A program made the position numbers and the translations under genes. The notes below the pieces were generated by a model that worked only from the letters and a program-made list of their open reading frames with translations, had not been told where the DNA came from and did no database searches. Positions 1-12,480 of a stretch of 64,000 nt of DNA are shown in pieces. The stretch covers positions 142,290,001 to 142,354,000 of the forward strand of contig NC_043000.1 in NCBI RefSeq assembly GCF_006345805.1, read 5' to 3'. Source of the stretch: Octopus sinensis (Eukaryota). Within the stretch, counting starts at the first letter, position 1; the number at the start of each line of letters is the position of its first letter.

Positions 1-520
1 TTTTCATCTCTTATGGAATCAGATTACTTTCCTAAATATTTGTTTGCGATCTTCGAAGTTTCAATCAACAATTTTTAGATAGTTGGAAGTTATGTTATTG
101 GTATGTACCTTATGGGCCTTGTGTTTTTTTTAATAAATTTGGTGATTAAGTGTGAGGTAAGTCAGTGAGGTGTTGTTTTCGACAGTGTTATTATCTCATT
201 AAACGTTTCTGTTATGACCTTTTATATATTTGTTGAATTGAAACTTTTGAGTACATTTTCATGATGCGGAAGCTGTAACTAGTTGCTGTTGGCATTAACC
301 GACTTAATAATTCTGTTGTTAAAGCCGACAATTCTTCAGATATTGTATTTCTTATTTCGATCTATCATTTACGTAGCGAGTCTAACATTGTCCCTGCCCA
401 CTCCTCAATATATTCCTACTCCTGAAGCTGGTTGTCATACTTTGAATTCAATTCGACTCTTGTCAATTTGCTTTTTATTGTTTGCTTGTGTTTACGAAAT
501 GAAATCTATTAAATATCTAT
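1..520 (-). mobile_element. Degenerate R4/Dong-type LINE fragment (start of the RT domain), runs off the left edge
   Basis: Minus-strand translation TPH*LT...RPIRYIPIT*LPTI*KLL matches IPEWLT...NYRPITCLPT of the younger copy at 41.3-41.4 kb; many stops. Right boundary approximate. Confidence 0.55.
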
Positions 521-1257
521 CAATTTCGTTTCATATCTTTTTAATTTAGTTTCAAAATGTATATTTTTCAAGTAAGGTCTGTTTGGACACAGAGTGATGT
601 CAGCTGTTTTTCTTTCCAATTTTGAAACCTATATTATTGTGCTATCATTTTTAGCAATCGATGGTTACTGTAAAATACACACGAAATAGAGAAACAGTTC
701 AGCATTCTCCGTTTAAACATTGTTATGTGTGGTATATGCAGCTTTAGGCTAAAACCGGGCATTGTATTTAAATTGTCATCATTTTTATCGAATACCAGTT
801 TATCTGACTGCTTGATGTTGATTGTTGTACGCAACATTTTCCTAATATTTGTAGAAGAAATTCAAAATAAGCATGCCCTAATGGACTGAGTTATTCAGGG
901 TATTCTTTTTGGATTTTGTTATTTTTCTTGTGCATAAAAGTAAAAATAGGGATGAATGGGTCTGATATTGATATGAGATTTTGATGGTCGTGGTTACACG
1001 CTGTATGAGACCATGGTATATTGTAAACATTTGTAACACTCATATTGTATGGATTAAAGATAAACAATCGGGACACAATATCAACAACGTAATCATCTTT
1101 CAACGTTTTCGCAGTGGTTGTTCCAGTTGCTGTACTTTTTTTCATTTGTTGCTATTGGATTTTATTTTGGTGCAATGAATCAGTATTCTATCATGTTAAA
1201 AGTCATTTACTCGCTCAGACCCCTTTTTCATGAATGTATGGGTTTAAGGGAGATTTT

Positions 1258-1454
1258 CTACTACTACTACCACCAGCACCACCACCGCCACCACCACCAC
1301 CACTACCACTACTACTACTATCACCACCACCACCACCAACACCACCACCACTACTTCTACTACTACTACTACTACCACCACCACCACCACTAAAACAACA
1401 ACAACTACTACTACTACTACCACCATCACCACCATCACCACCAACACCACCACC

Positions 1455-1490
<36 letters not shown>

Positions 1491-1517
1491 TCCTCTTCTT
1501 CTCCTTCTTCTTCTTGA
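1258..1517. repeat. Compound trinucleotide microsatellite (CTA/CAC/CAA/CAT/CTT)
   Basis: Direct reading of the sequence. Confidence 0.95.
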
Positions 1518-1964
1518 CCACAATAGCGTATGATTGGAGATATTCGAACCCAACTTCCCTGAATGCCACTAAGAATGCATTAACCTTTGTTTCTTTTAAT
1601 TTTCTGATGGTGCGTGCTTTTGTGTGCACGAGATTTGGTTGTTATTTCCAGTAAGTCAAGTGACTGCGTAGGAGGGCCCGCATAAATTTGAGTATTACTT
1701 CTAGTACAAGCCACTACTTTTTTTAAACAAACGTTTACTCCTGTATAAAAAAAGGATATACTTTATTTCATGTATTTTTTCTTTAATTTTAATTTCAAAC
1801 TTTTTCTTCCTTCTCACTTAACTAAGTATAAAAGATTTTTAAATACGTAAATGATGACGATAGCTTCCGTTTGTCAGAGTAAAGAATTACATATAAAAAA
1901 GATTTAAACATTAACGTTGAAAGGCACGAATAATGATGATATAAATGATATGAAAAACTAATAA

Positions 1965-1985
1965 TAATGATAATAGTAATGATAC

Positions 1986-2026
<41 letters not shown>

Positions 2027-2210
2027 TAATAATAATAATAATAATAATATTGATAATAATAATAATAATAATGATAATAATAATAATATTATTTATAATA
2101 ATAATAATAATGATAATAATAATGATAATAATAATAATAATAATAATAATATTTATAATAATAATAGTAATAATATTTATAATAATATAATAATAATATT
2201 TATAATAATA

Positions 2211-2242
<32 letters not shown>

Positions 2243-2264
2243 TATAATAATAATAATAATAATA

Positions 2265-2302
<38 letters not shown>

Positions 2303-2325
2303 TAATAATAATAATATTTATAATA

Positions 2326-2363
<38 letters not shown>

Positions 2364-2386
2364 TAATAATAATAATAATAATAATA

Positions 2387-2417
<31 letters not shown>

Positions 2418-2442
2418 TGATAATAATAATAATAATAATATT

Positions 2443-2490
<48 letters not shown>

Positions 2491-2491
2491 C
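1965..2491. repeat. Long imperfect (AAT)n microsatellite
   Basis: About 520 bp of AAT with ATTT/AGT/GAT interruptions. Confidence 0.97.
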
Positions 2492-2759
2492 TAACCAAAC
2501 TCTGAAAACGTTGAAGACTGTCTAGCTTGTCATATTGCATTCTAATTGAACAGCTGTCAAATCTAAGCTGATTCCATTATATACTGACATAAGTTTTTTT
2601 TTTCTTTTTCCTAACATCAAATTCATTCGTTTTCATTCAAATTTACATTTGCTTTGAAATATAAGTAAGGCAAGGGAAATTATAAAATCGATTGTTTCCT
2701 GTTTTTTTCTGAATGATCCTTTTGAAATCATTCTCATATCTTAATATCGAAAGTAGGAT

Positions 2760-3059
2760 GCATACTCATATACTTCTATACATAGATAATTTATACATAG
2801 ATATATACAGATATATCCACACACACACCACACACACATATATATATATATATATTTATATATATACATATATATACATATATATATATATATCCATTTA
2901 TACATACATATATACATATATATACTTACATATATATATATACATATATACATACACACATCTGTATATATATATACATACATTTATATATGTGGTTGCG
3001 ATTTCAATATATTCAAACGCACAAAATTCATCACACAACAACATTACTTTCACCACAGC

Positions 3060-3100
<41 letters not shown>
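2760..3100. repeat. Compound (TA)n/(CA)n and (CT)n microsatellites
   Basis: Direct reading. Confidence 0.9.
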
Positions 3101-3103
<3 letters not shown>

Positions 3104-3898
3104 TTTACTCCATTTTCGCTTCTCCTATCTTCTCTGCTTTACATTATAATAAACTATTTGAAAATTTATACATAAATGCTTACACATTTACGATATAATG
3201 TTTCCGGTTAACTCTGTTAATAAAACGGGTTTCATGACAACATTGCAATATTTCCTTGTATTTCATATTTGAAATTATTTATCCAACATTACTAGTTACT
3301 GCATGTTATACTGTCCATTAGTTGCACTTTTAAACTTCTAACAGTTCCTGTTACTTCTCCATTATCGTTTGCGACGTCTACTCTGATACTTTGGGCACCT
3401 GGACTCAAAATCTAATTCTAAGTAGCATTATGCGCTTCTATAGCAGGTAATACTTCACTTTGTAGCAGGAAATACTTTACTTTGCTTCTGCTGTAAATGT
3501 GAAGACATGAATAATTACCCCCCAGTTTTTATATGTAAGAAATATCTCCACACAACCTCCGTAATATTTCAGTCATATCGCTTACGTATACTGAAGTAAG
3601 AGAACTATAAAAGCGTAAATATCATGCGACATCTATAAATACGTTTAGGAAAACCACTGTATTTTATTATATTGATTAATTCATGTATATATTCATTGAC
3701 GTGACACCGTTCAAAAACCGTCAAGAAGTGTGTAACATATTGCCGGGCGTGTCATATTTGACAAACGTTCAAAATATTCTAAATGTGAATGTTTTGAGAA
3801 ACATCAGGATGACTGGAGCAATACTGAACTATCCATAATTTTTCTTATGTAACAAATAACCCTGACAAACCACAACTGTAAATGTTTATGTTGGCTAT

Positions 3899-3899
<1 letters not shown>

Positions 3900-3990
<91 letters not shown>
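3900..3990. repeat. (CA)n(TA)n microsatellite
   Basis: Direct reading. Confidence 0.95.
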
Positions 3991-3993
<3 letters not shown>

Positions 3994-5194
3994 TATAAAA
4001 GTAAATAAATGGCACAACGAAATACCGAGGTATATGCAGCTGATGAAGATAAATCAAATATACGTTGGCAAACGTATTTCGAAGAATCTGGAACCGGTAC
4101 TACATTATCCGTTTCTAGATTTTTCATTTTTCAGATGTTCTTTCTAGAGGTAAGACAATTCTTTTCATGTTTGTTGCACCCACGCATCTTTACTAGTACA
4201 TACGCAATGAAGCTATACATTAGCGTCGTATTTATTACGTTCGCTATTTTCTAGAAAATATCAGTACTTCGTTGTGCCCTTTATTTACTTTTATATGTAT
4301 AATTTTACCCTCACGGGCTATCCTTTACTGGAAAGCAATACTCTCGTATTGCATTACTATTTTCATTATATATATATGTATATATATATATATATATGGA
4401 TAGAGAGAGTAAGTGAGAAGAAGAGAGATTAGAGACAGGTATTCTTAATATGGAATACACAGTATAGAATACACTCCATAGATCAAGAGATTTGAACTTG
4501 AGCAGATAGAGGAGTAAATGTATGGACAAGCAAGGTAGACAAGTCGATATACCAAAAGTATTAAATACATTTAATTCAAAATATATACATATGTTTGCTA
4601 TTATGCAAAAATGTCGTAAGTCCAAAAGTTGCTTTTTCAGAAAACGGAAAATAGTCTCACCATTCCATTTCTTTTTACATTAGCAACAGTTTCAGCTTAA
4701 CAATTACTCTTCGATGGAGGCACAAAATTGTAACTCTATGTACGCATGATATTTTCATTCAGAAGTATTTTTGCAAAAATGTTGTATGGTGGGACATACA
4801 GCACTTCTGAAAAATTGCAAAACCGTTGTATTACACTTCGACAATATTCATATCTTGGCATCTGAAGCACCTGAAGATAGTTTGACCCAAAGAACCGGCT
4901 ATTACAAGGTAAATTAAATATTGAAAAAAAAATGCATTTGGCCAAATCTGGACTTAAGACAGTTTGACATAATAGCAACAATATTAATACTTATAAAAAT
5001 ATCCGACTTACAAACAATAGAAATGATATTAGGAATTATCTAGCTAATATCATTTCTATTCTGTGTATGTAGGACTTCTTTTATGTATACATATGCACAT
5101 ATTTTTTGTATTAAATGTATTTAGTATTTTTGGTGTATAGACTTGCCGAACATGCTTGTCATTACATTTGCTCCTATATGCATATTTTTTTAGT

Positions 5195-5266
5195 CTTTTA
5201 CTTGTTTCGGTCATTTGACTGCAGCCACACTGAAGCACCGTCTTTAGTCGAACAAAGTACATATTC
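5195..5266 (-). mobile_element. 3' tail of SINE family A
   Basis: Reverse complement matches gactaaaggcggtgctccagc...gcagtcaaatgactgaaacaagtaaaaga seen at 51.37-51.43 kb and 60.34-60.40 kb. Confidence 0.85.
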
Positions 5267-6515
5267 CAGTGATTCCCAACCGTTTTGTGATAGCGTACCT
5301 CTTGGAAGTTTCGTACAGCCACCGCGTACCACCTGGTTAAAAAAAAACTCAATTCGATCAGATAGCAATTTAATCACACGTAGAAAACACAAATTAACTA
5401 ACAACAAAGAACACAACTCAGTTTAATGCGAGGGCTGATCCTGTCTCCTCTCTACCAGATGGTCAATGCGTGGCATAACCTTGCTTACAGCGCATCAGCA
5501 GTCATGGCCGAGCGCAGTAAAATGGTTTCGGCTCCTCCACCTGGTGGCCAGTGAGGCTGAGAACTCCTGATCACACTTCCACGTAGAGGGAAAAATCAGT
5601 AGCTGCAGACCAGCACGTCGGGCTAGCGCGGCGTACGAGACGGACATGCTTAACCAGGAGTTTATAGGAGAGCATTCTTTGTGCTTCGTCTTTGCTGTCT
5701 CGCCAGCCTGAGTATCTATGAGTTTTTCCTGTTTCCCGGTCTCGAAAGGCATCTCGGCTGGATCAACGGAAAATGGAGTGACGTGTTGTGTAGGCACAAC
5801 ACGTCACGTCCAGGAAATAATGCATCAACTCAGTCTTGAGCAAGGAGAGGTGACGATGTCTTCCGCAAATTCATCATTGACCTCGATGTCAAGAGTTGTC
5901 AGGAGTTACGTTCTTCAACCACAGATCCAACTTCCGGACAAACGCTCCCAGCTTCGAGATGAATTCTGTGACAATGCAGTTGGGCCCTTGAAACGACAAG
6001 TTTAAGTGGTTCAGGGCTCCAAAAATGTCCGACAAGAAGGTCAACCTTCAGATGAACTCCTCATCCTCCAGATCTTTTGAAAGTCGCGTTCCATCTTCGT
6101 GAAGAAATCAAGAGGTTCATACCTCAGTTCAAAGAGATGCCTCGTCGGATCACCCCAGGAGAGCCAGCGAACCTTTACGTAGTAGAGACGACTGATGCGA
6201 TCGGAGCCGAAATCTTCGTGGAGCAGCTTGAGCAGCAGACGTTTTGAAGAAATTCACAATTCTGATAACATGGTTCAAGCATGATAAAATCTTCGGAGGG
6301 AGCACCTGAGCACAAAGGATGAAACTGTGTATTAAACAATGGATAGCGGTGGCGTTTGGTGACACAGCTTTCACATGGGGTTGAAAACCTGACATTCGAC
6401 CAAGCATAGATGGAGCCTCATCTATCATGCATCGCCAATGCAGTTCGTTCTGCTTGAAGAAACTGTCCAAAACGAGGAAAATATTCTTTCCTTTCATTGT
6501 GCTCAACAGTAGCTG
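5267..6515 (-). mobile_element. hAT (Buster/FAM200/ZBED5-like) DNA transposon relic: transposase C-terminal half plus one terminus
   Basis: Minus-strand peptides DEAPSMLG..SGF..HCLIH, VRWLSWG, SDIFGALNHLNLSFQG, FPSTWKC.QEFS, ending PRIDHLVERRQDQPSH* (stop 5423-5425). Terminus CAGTGATTCCCAACC at 5267. Frameshifted; 5' part missing. Confidence 0.9.
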
Positions 6516-6519
6516 TAAA

Positions 6520-6708
6520 AAATTTATATATATATATATATATACGACGGGCATCTTCCAGGTTCCGTCGACTAAAATTCCACTTACAAGGCTTTGGTCG
6601 ACACAAGGTTATAGCTGAAGACAGTTGCTCAAGAAGCCACACAGTGGGACTGAATCCAGAACCATCATGTGGTTGGGAAGCAAGCTTCTTGCCACATAGC
6701 CACGCCTG
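6520..6708 (-). mobile_element. 5' half of SINE family A with its internal (TA)n
   Basis: Reverse complement matches the head ...gtggctatgtggcaagaagcttgc...cagtcccactg...ggaagatgcccgtcgtata of full copies. Confidence 0.85.
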
Positions 6709-7795
6709 ATTGATTGAGGAATTGATTGATTGATTGAGGAATTGATTGATTGATTTACATTTATTGTTTGCTGAATTATATATTTTATAAACGAACTATA
6801 GTGGGATGATCATCATTTAGTATATATATAATGTATATGATATTGCAAAGTGAAATTGTAAGGTACTGCACGAGTGGAAATATATATGAAAGAAGATTTG
6901 AAAATGCAATTTTAAAGGTGTTTATTCACTTGACCCGTTTCACATATTTAGAAAATGATTGTCAAAAGTAAAACATAAACCTTTGTTGTGTTAAGTATTA
7001 GTTGTCACAAAATATTACAATACCTATATACATTCTTTGGCAATAATAAGAAATTGTTAAAAACAGTTTACAAGGAAAATATCTTGAGAAAATATTAAAC
7101 AGAAATATCAAAAATATATTTTAGGATTTCATTAAAAATCATGTTTATTTGTAAATATCTCTCTCTCTATATATATATATATACACACAGAAAGGTAATA
7201 GTTCAAAAACAGTCGTATTTGGTGGTATATATATATACACAGAAGGAGATGTATTTAGGAGTTTACAGAGAATTTGAGATGAACTGACTTGTTTTAGCAA
7301 TTTCGATTTGTGTGAAGTTAAAGGTTTACTATTTTAAGGGACAGTGTGGGAGGTTGGTTTGGGAGGGGATAAGGAAGAGCAATGGGGAATTGAAAGGATT
7401 TTTTTGTTTCTCATTCAAGGTTGGTCTTTCATGGCTAGCCTTTCATGGTTAAGTGGTTTTGGGAACTGGTCTTAGAGGTCAGAATGGTGTGAGTGTGTTC
7501 ACCTGTGTGTGTGTGTATATACATGTGTTTATGTTTTTGAGTGTGGACCGTTTTTGATTAGTACCAGAATTTATTGTGGCGTATGTAAATGTGTCTATGT
7601 GTGTTTTATATTTGGTAGGATGGTGTGTGAGTATCTGTGCACCTTTATGTGTGTATATATATTTTTCCTCGAGCGGATCGGATTTTTGATTCGTTAAACT
7701 ACTGATGACGTTTTGTTTCTTCCGGTGATCTTGTCCTTGAAAAGAACCAATTAATCTTGTTCTATTTTTAATTAGTGTTAAACAAAAATTAAGAA

Positions 7796-7841
<46 letters not shown>

Positions 7842-8096
7842 TTATGTTCACACCGCTGAATTTTTGAATTTTCTTTTTTCCTTTTTTTCCTTTCGTTTTA
7901 TAAGATTTGTAGTGTTTTACAATTTTTAGAAATTGTGAAGCTTGTATATATTGACACATACTTACCTTCTTCTTATTTTTTTTCTCGAGAAATTTTGTAA
8001 CATTAATATCTACAATTTTGTGTGAACATTTTATCTTTCTTTTCTGCCTGACCACTCGAATATGTAAACATGAATTTTTTTGCAACAGCAATACAA

Positions 8097-8152
8097 TTCT
8101 TCTTCTTCTTCTTCTCTTTCATCATCATCTTCATGATCATCATCATCATCAC

Positions 8153-8207
<55 letters not shown>

Positions 8208-8375
8208 TTCTTCTTCTTCTTCATCTTTTTTCTCCTTCTTTTTCTTCTTTTTCTTTTTCTTGTTATTATTCTTATTCTTATTATTATCATTATCATTATT
8301 ATTGATAATTATAATAATAATAATAATAACAATAATAACAATGATAATAATAATAAGAAGAAGAAAAAGAAGAAC

Positions 8376-8407
<32 letters not shown>

Positions 8408-8472
8408 CAACAACAACAACAACAATAATAATAATATTAATAATAACAACAACAACAATAATAATAATAATA
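8097..8472. repeat. Compound trinucleotide tract (TCT/TCA/TTA then AAT/AAG/AAC)
   Basis: Direct reading; strand polarity flips near 8305. Confidence 0.95.
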
Positions 8473-8477
8473 TAGAA

Positions 8478-10260
8478 CTGTGTCAGTGAAAAGAATATAA
8501 ACTACAAAAGTGCACTGGACCTCTGTAGAATGTGTGGGAAGGGGGTCGAAAGCGTGACTCACATTGTTAGTGCTTGTCAAAGTCTTGTGCAGAAAGAGTA
8601 CAAGCGAAGGCACGAGAAAGTAGCCCCAAACCTCCGCTGGCTCCTATGCCGTAAGTATGGATATGCGGTTACGAATGCTTAGTACCAACTTACACCGGGA
8701 AAGGTAATGGACGAAAAGGAGACGGCAAAAATCAATTGTTTGTTCTAATGGATCAGAAAAATGTTTATTTGATGCTAAATAGAAAGGTTAACAGCAGTGA
8801 GAAACCGGACGTTGAAGAAAGCAGAAGCTTTTGGAGTAACATCTGGGATAATGGAATAAAGAATAATGAAGTTGGCGTGTGGTCGAATAAATTAAGATCA
8901 GAGCAATATGATGTGAAACAACAATATAAGACTAACAACTGAAATGGTGACTTAGCAGACAACAAGTATCTCAAACTGGAAATGCTCAGGCCGAGATGGA
9001 GTATAAAGGTATTGTGGGAAACATTTTCTAGCTATACTCAAAAGAATAGCAGTGAAAAATTAATAAAATGATCAACTGCGGGGTGAAAATACCCAAGTAG
9101 ATGACCACTGGTAAAATAGTTTTTTGCGAAAAGGATTCCTGTAGAGGTAATGCAGTGAATAGTTACCGGCCTATCTCCTGCCTGCTCCTGATGTGGAAGT
9201 TGATGACAGGAACAATATCTACATGCGTTCAAAACTTCCTGGAAATATTAACAAATTGCCAGTGGAACAAACGAACGAGAAGTGGAGAAAAATAAAATCG
9301 CCTGTTATATATGGATGACTTAAAGATCTTCGGGAAGACCGAACGGGAAATAAATGGCCTGGTTTCAACAGTGCAGATATTCAGTAAGGATATATTGCGA
9401 TGGACTTTGGTATTGAAAAGCGTGGTATCCTTATCAAATAACAGAAACGGCAAAGAATTGTCTGATGGTGTATAACACCCGATGACGAGAAAAACAAGGA
9501 TGTTGAGACTGATAGATTTAAGTATCTGTGTATTTTGGAGTATGACATAATTAAAAGAGATGAAGTAAAGCTTTAGGTGAGAATATCTGAGAACGAAATT
9601 TACTATGGAAGTAGATTCGATGGAAAAAAACAAGGGTAGGGCAGTGAATACATGGGAGGTCTTCTTAATGTGATAAGTGAGAGGTGTTGCTACGTAGACG
9701 AAAAAGGAACATGAAGAGAGGATAGAAAAACCAGGAAAGCAAACATTTTAATGACTCAGCCATGTCTACGTTCAAAGAAATTGAAGATACCCTTAAACAT
9801 CTTATATGACAGATACACAACTTCTACCGCTTTTAGGCGTACAATTTATATGAAGAAAGTTGCTTCATCGACTAATTTGATAGAGAAACAGGGCTCCGAT
9901 ATTACGAAACAGAGGCTCTTTGGTGAGGTAAGGGCAATGAGGAAGAAGGGATGACTAACCGAAATAGAGCTTGGTGAAATTAAGAACAGGTTGAAGATCG
10001 AAAACACAGGGATAGATGACGAAGTAGCCACAGAGAAAGTTGGTGATGATGTACTCGGGAGAATTAAAATGACTTAAGCCCTGAGAGTATAGAAGGACTG
10101 AATGATAATGACAGAAAAATGATCGTCGACGTCACTAGTATGATTGCGAAAATCCTGGACATGGAAGTAAATGAATTCAAGAAAGTAGACAGAAATCATC
10201 TCAGGGTTGGACTCAGAAGGAGAATAAAATACAGAAAGAAATGAATAATTAAATTTTCTT
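8478..10260 (+). mobile_element. Degenerate, rearranged R4/Dong-type LINE
   Basis: CRMCGKGVESVTHIVSAC..KEYKRRHEKV (CCHC knuckle); EKPDVEESRSFWSNIWD; YRPISCLLLMWKLMTG; LLYMDDLK (YMDD 9308-9319); DRKTRK; ITKQRLFGEVRAMRKKG; FKKVDRNHL. Many stops and deletions. Confidence 0.85.
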
Positions 10261-10392
10261 AGTCAAATAAGAAGAAAATATTTAGAGTCTGGTGTGGCTA
10301 AACTTGAGAACCCTAAGGTTAGACCTAAATTCAAATTATCTTTGGAGAAAAACGCTCGGAAGTTTTATGCACTTTTTGAAAACAGTGTCTAT

Positions 10393-10795
10393 AGGCGCAG
10401 GAGTGAATGTGTGGTAAGATACTTGCTTCCCAATCACAAGGCTCCAGGTTAAGACACACTGCGTGCAACCTTAGGCAAGTGTCTTGTATTATAGCCTCCG
10501 GCCGGGCAAAACATTGTGAGTGGATTTGGTAGATGGAAACTGAAACAAGTTCAACGTATGTGTGTTTGTGTATGTGCGTATTTGTGTGTCTGTATTTGTT
10601 CCCCCACCATCAGTTCACAACCGATGTTAGCGTGTTTACTTCCACGCACATTAGCGGTTCGGTAAAACAGACCGCTATAATGAGTACAGGCTTACAAAGA
10701 ATAAGTCCTGGGGACGATTTGTTCGACAAAAGGCGATGCTGCAGCAAGGCCACAATCAAATGACTGAAAGAAATAAAAGCAGTAAAAGAAAAGAA
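10393..10795 (+). mobile_element. SINE family A, full length, diverged
   Basis: aggcgcaggagtg head, ccttaggcaagtgtc (CORE-like), internal TG tract, ...aatgactgaaa..taaaag tail. Confidence 0.9.
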
Positions 10796-11049
10796 ATACA
10801 CCGAAAGCAAAAAGCAAAAATGTACGCGTTTATATACTTGCACGCTATGTATTTGTCTCAAGTTTCCTTACTTAAGTATCTGTTTTCTCTCATACTGTTG
10901 TTTGCCATTGAAATTATATCTCTTTCAACTCTCTCCCTTTTCTTCCCATACATAATATACTAACCGTATTAAACTTTCTTTTCTGACATCTCACATATAC
11001 TTTGTGTCAACTCACTATATCAATCCTTCTATCTATGTATTTGCCCGTT

Positions 11050-11350
<301 letters not shown>

Positions 11351-11885
11351 TACAATGTATGAAGTGCAATAAAATCGTTTTAGAGTGAGTCACAAACTTA
11401 ACATTCTTATGATACAAAGTCATGCACGCACAGTATATCAGAGAGTATATGACAAAATGTGCAATGTGCCATGGCATGAAAGTGACGATAGTGAGTGAAA
11501 TTGTGGTAGATATCAAGTTTCAGAATGAAGCAAAAATCGTTTGATGCTCAATAAACATTTCTTTGTGTAATATAAATTTTAAGTACGGCCACAATTTTTG
11601 AAACATATTTACAGAAACATAAAACAGAGCAATGCTGGACGTGTTCAGATAAGCGAATGCTGTCAGCGATTTCTGCTTTAGCTAACGTCCGCAATTTCAT
11701 AACGCTTCAGTAGCTGACACAAATATAATCGATAAAGCTTTATTAGTGGATCTAATGAAGCGATTCTCTTAATATCATGAATCAGAACACCTTACGCGTA
11801 TTGTCGAGTAATTCAGGAAGTGACTGACCTGAAACTATATGGAAAAGAATAGTTTTCTTCTGTTTATGTATACACACACACACAA

Positions 11886-11943
<58 letters not shown>

Positions 11944-12056
11944 TATTCTACTGCGATTTGTTACTTTTACAGGCAATTATTAAAACATCGTTAAAATTTT
12001 TTCAAAAACGCAAATATATTTATGCAAGTAGATAAAAGAAGAAAACAGAGGGGGGA

Positions 12057-12082
12057 ATAATAATAATAATAATAATAATAAT

Positions 12083-12149
<67 letters not shown>

Positions 12150-12255
12150 TGATGATGATGATGATGATGATGACGATGATGATGATTATAATTATAATTA
12201 TTGTTGTTGTTATTATTATTATTATTAATATTATTATTATTAGTAGTAATAGTAT
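12057..12255. repeat. (AAT)n-(GAT)n-(ATT)n compound microsatellite
   Basis: Direct reading. Confidence 0.95.
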
Positions 12256-12264
12256 TTTTATTGA

Positions 12265-12480
12265 GGCGGTGAGCTGGCAGAATCGTTAACACGACAGGCA
12301 AAATACTAAGTGGTATTTCGTCCGTCTTTACGTTCTGATTTCAAATTCAACCGGGGTCGATTCTGGTTTTCATCCCTCCGGGGTCGATAGATTAACTACT
12401 AGTAAAACACTGGGGTGGATGTAATTGACTAGTCCCCTTCCCCACAATTCCAGGACTTGTGTCTATAGTTGAATGGATTA
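12265..12480 (+). mobile_element. SINE family B variant, diverged
   Basis: ggcggtgagctggcagaatcgtta head and ggtcga...tttcatccc.ccggggtcgata central block shared with 31.1, 46.55 and 50.4 kb copies; different tail. Confidence 0.85.

Noticed and set aside
4030-4095. CTGATGA followed by a hairpin
   Set aside because: GAAG instead of GAAA, and no stem I or stem III pairing.
7695-7760. CTGATGA...GAAA near a TA tract
   Set aside because: No stem II, stem III or NUH consistent with a hammerhead.
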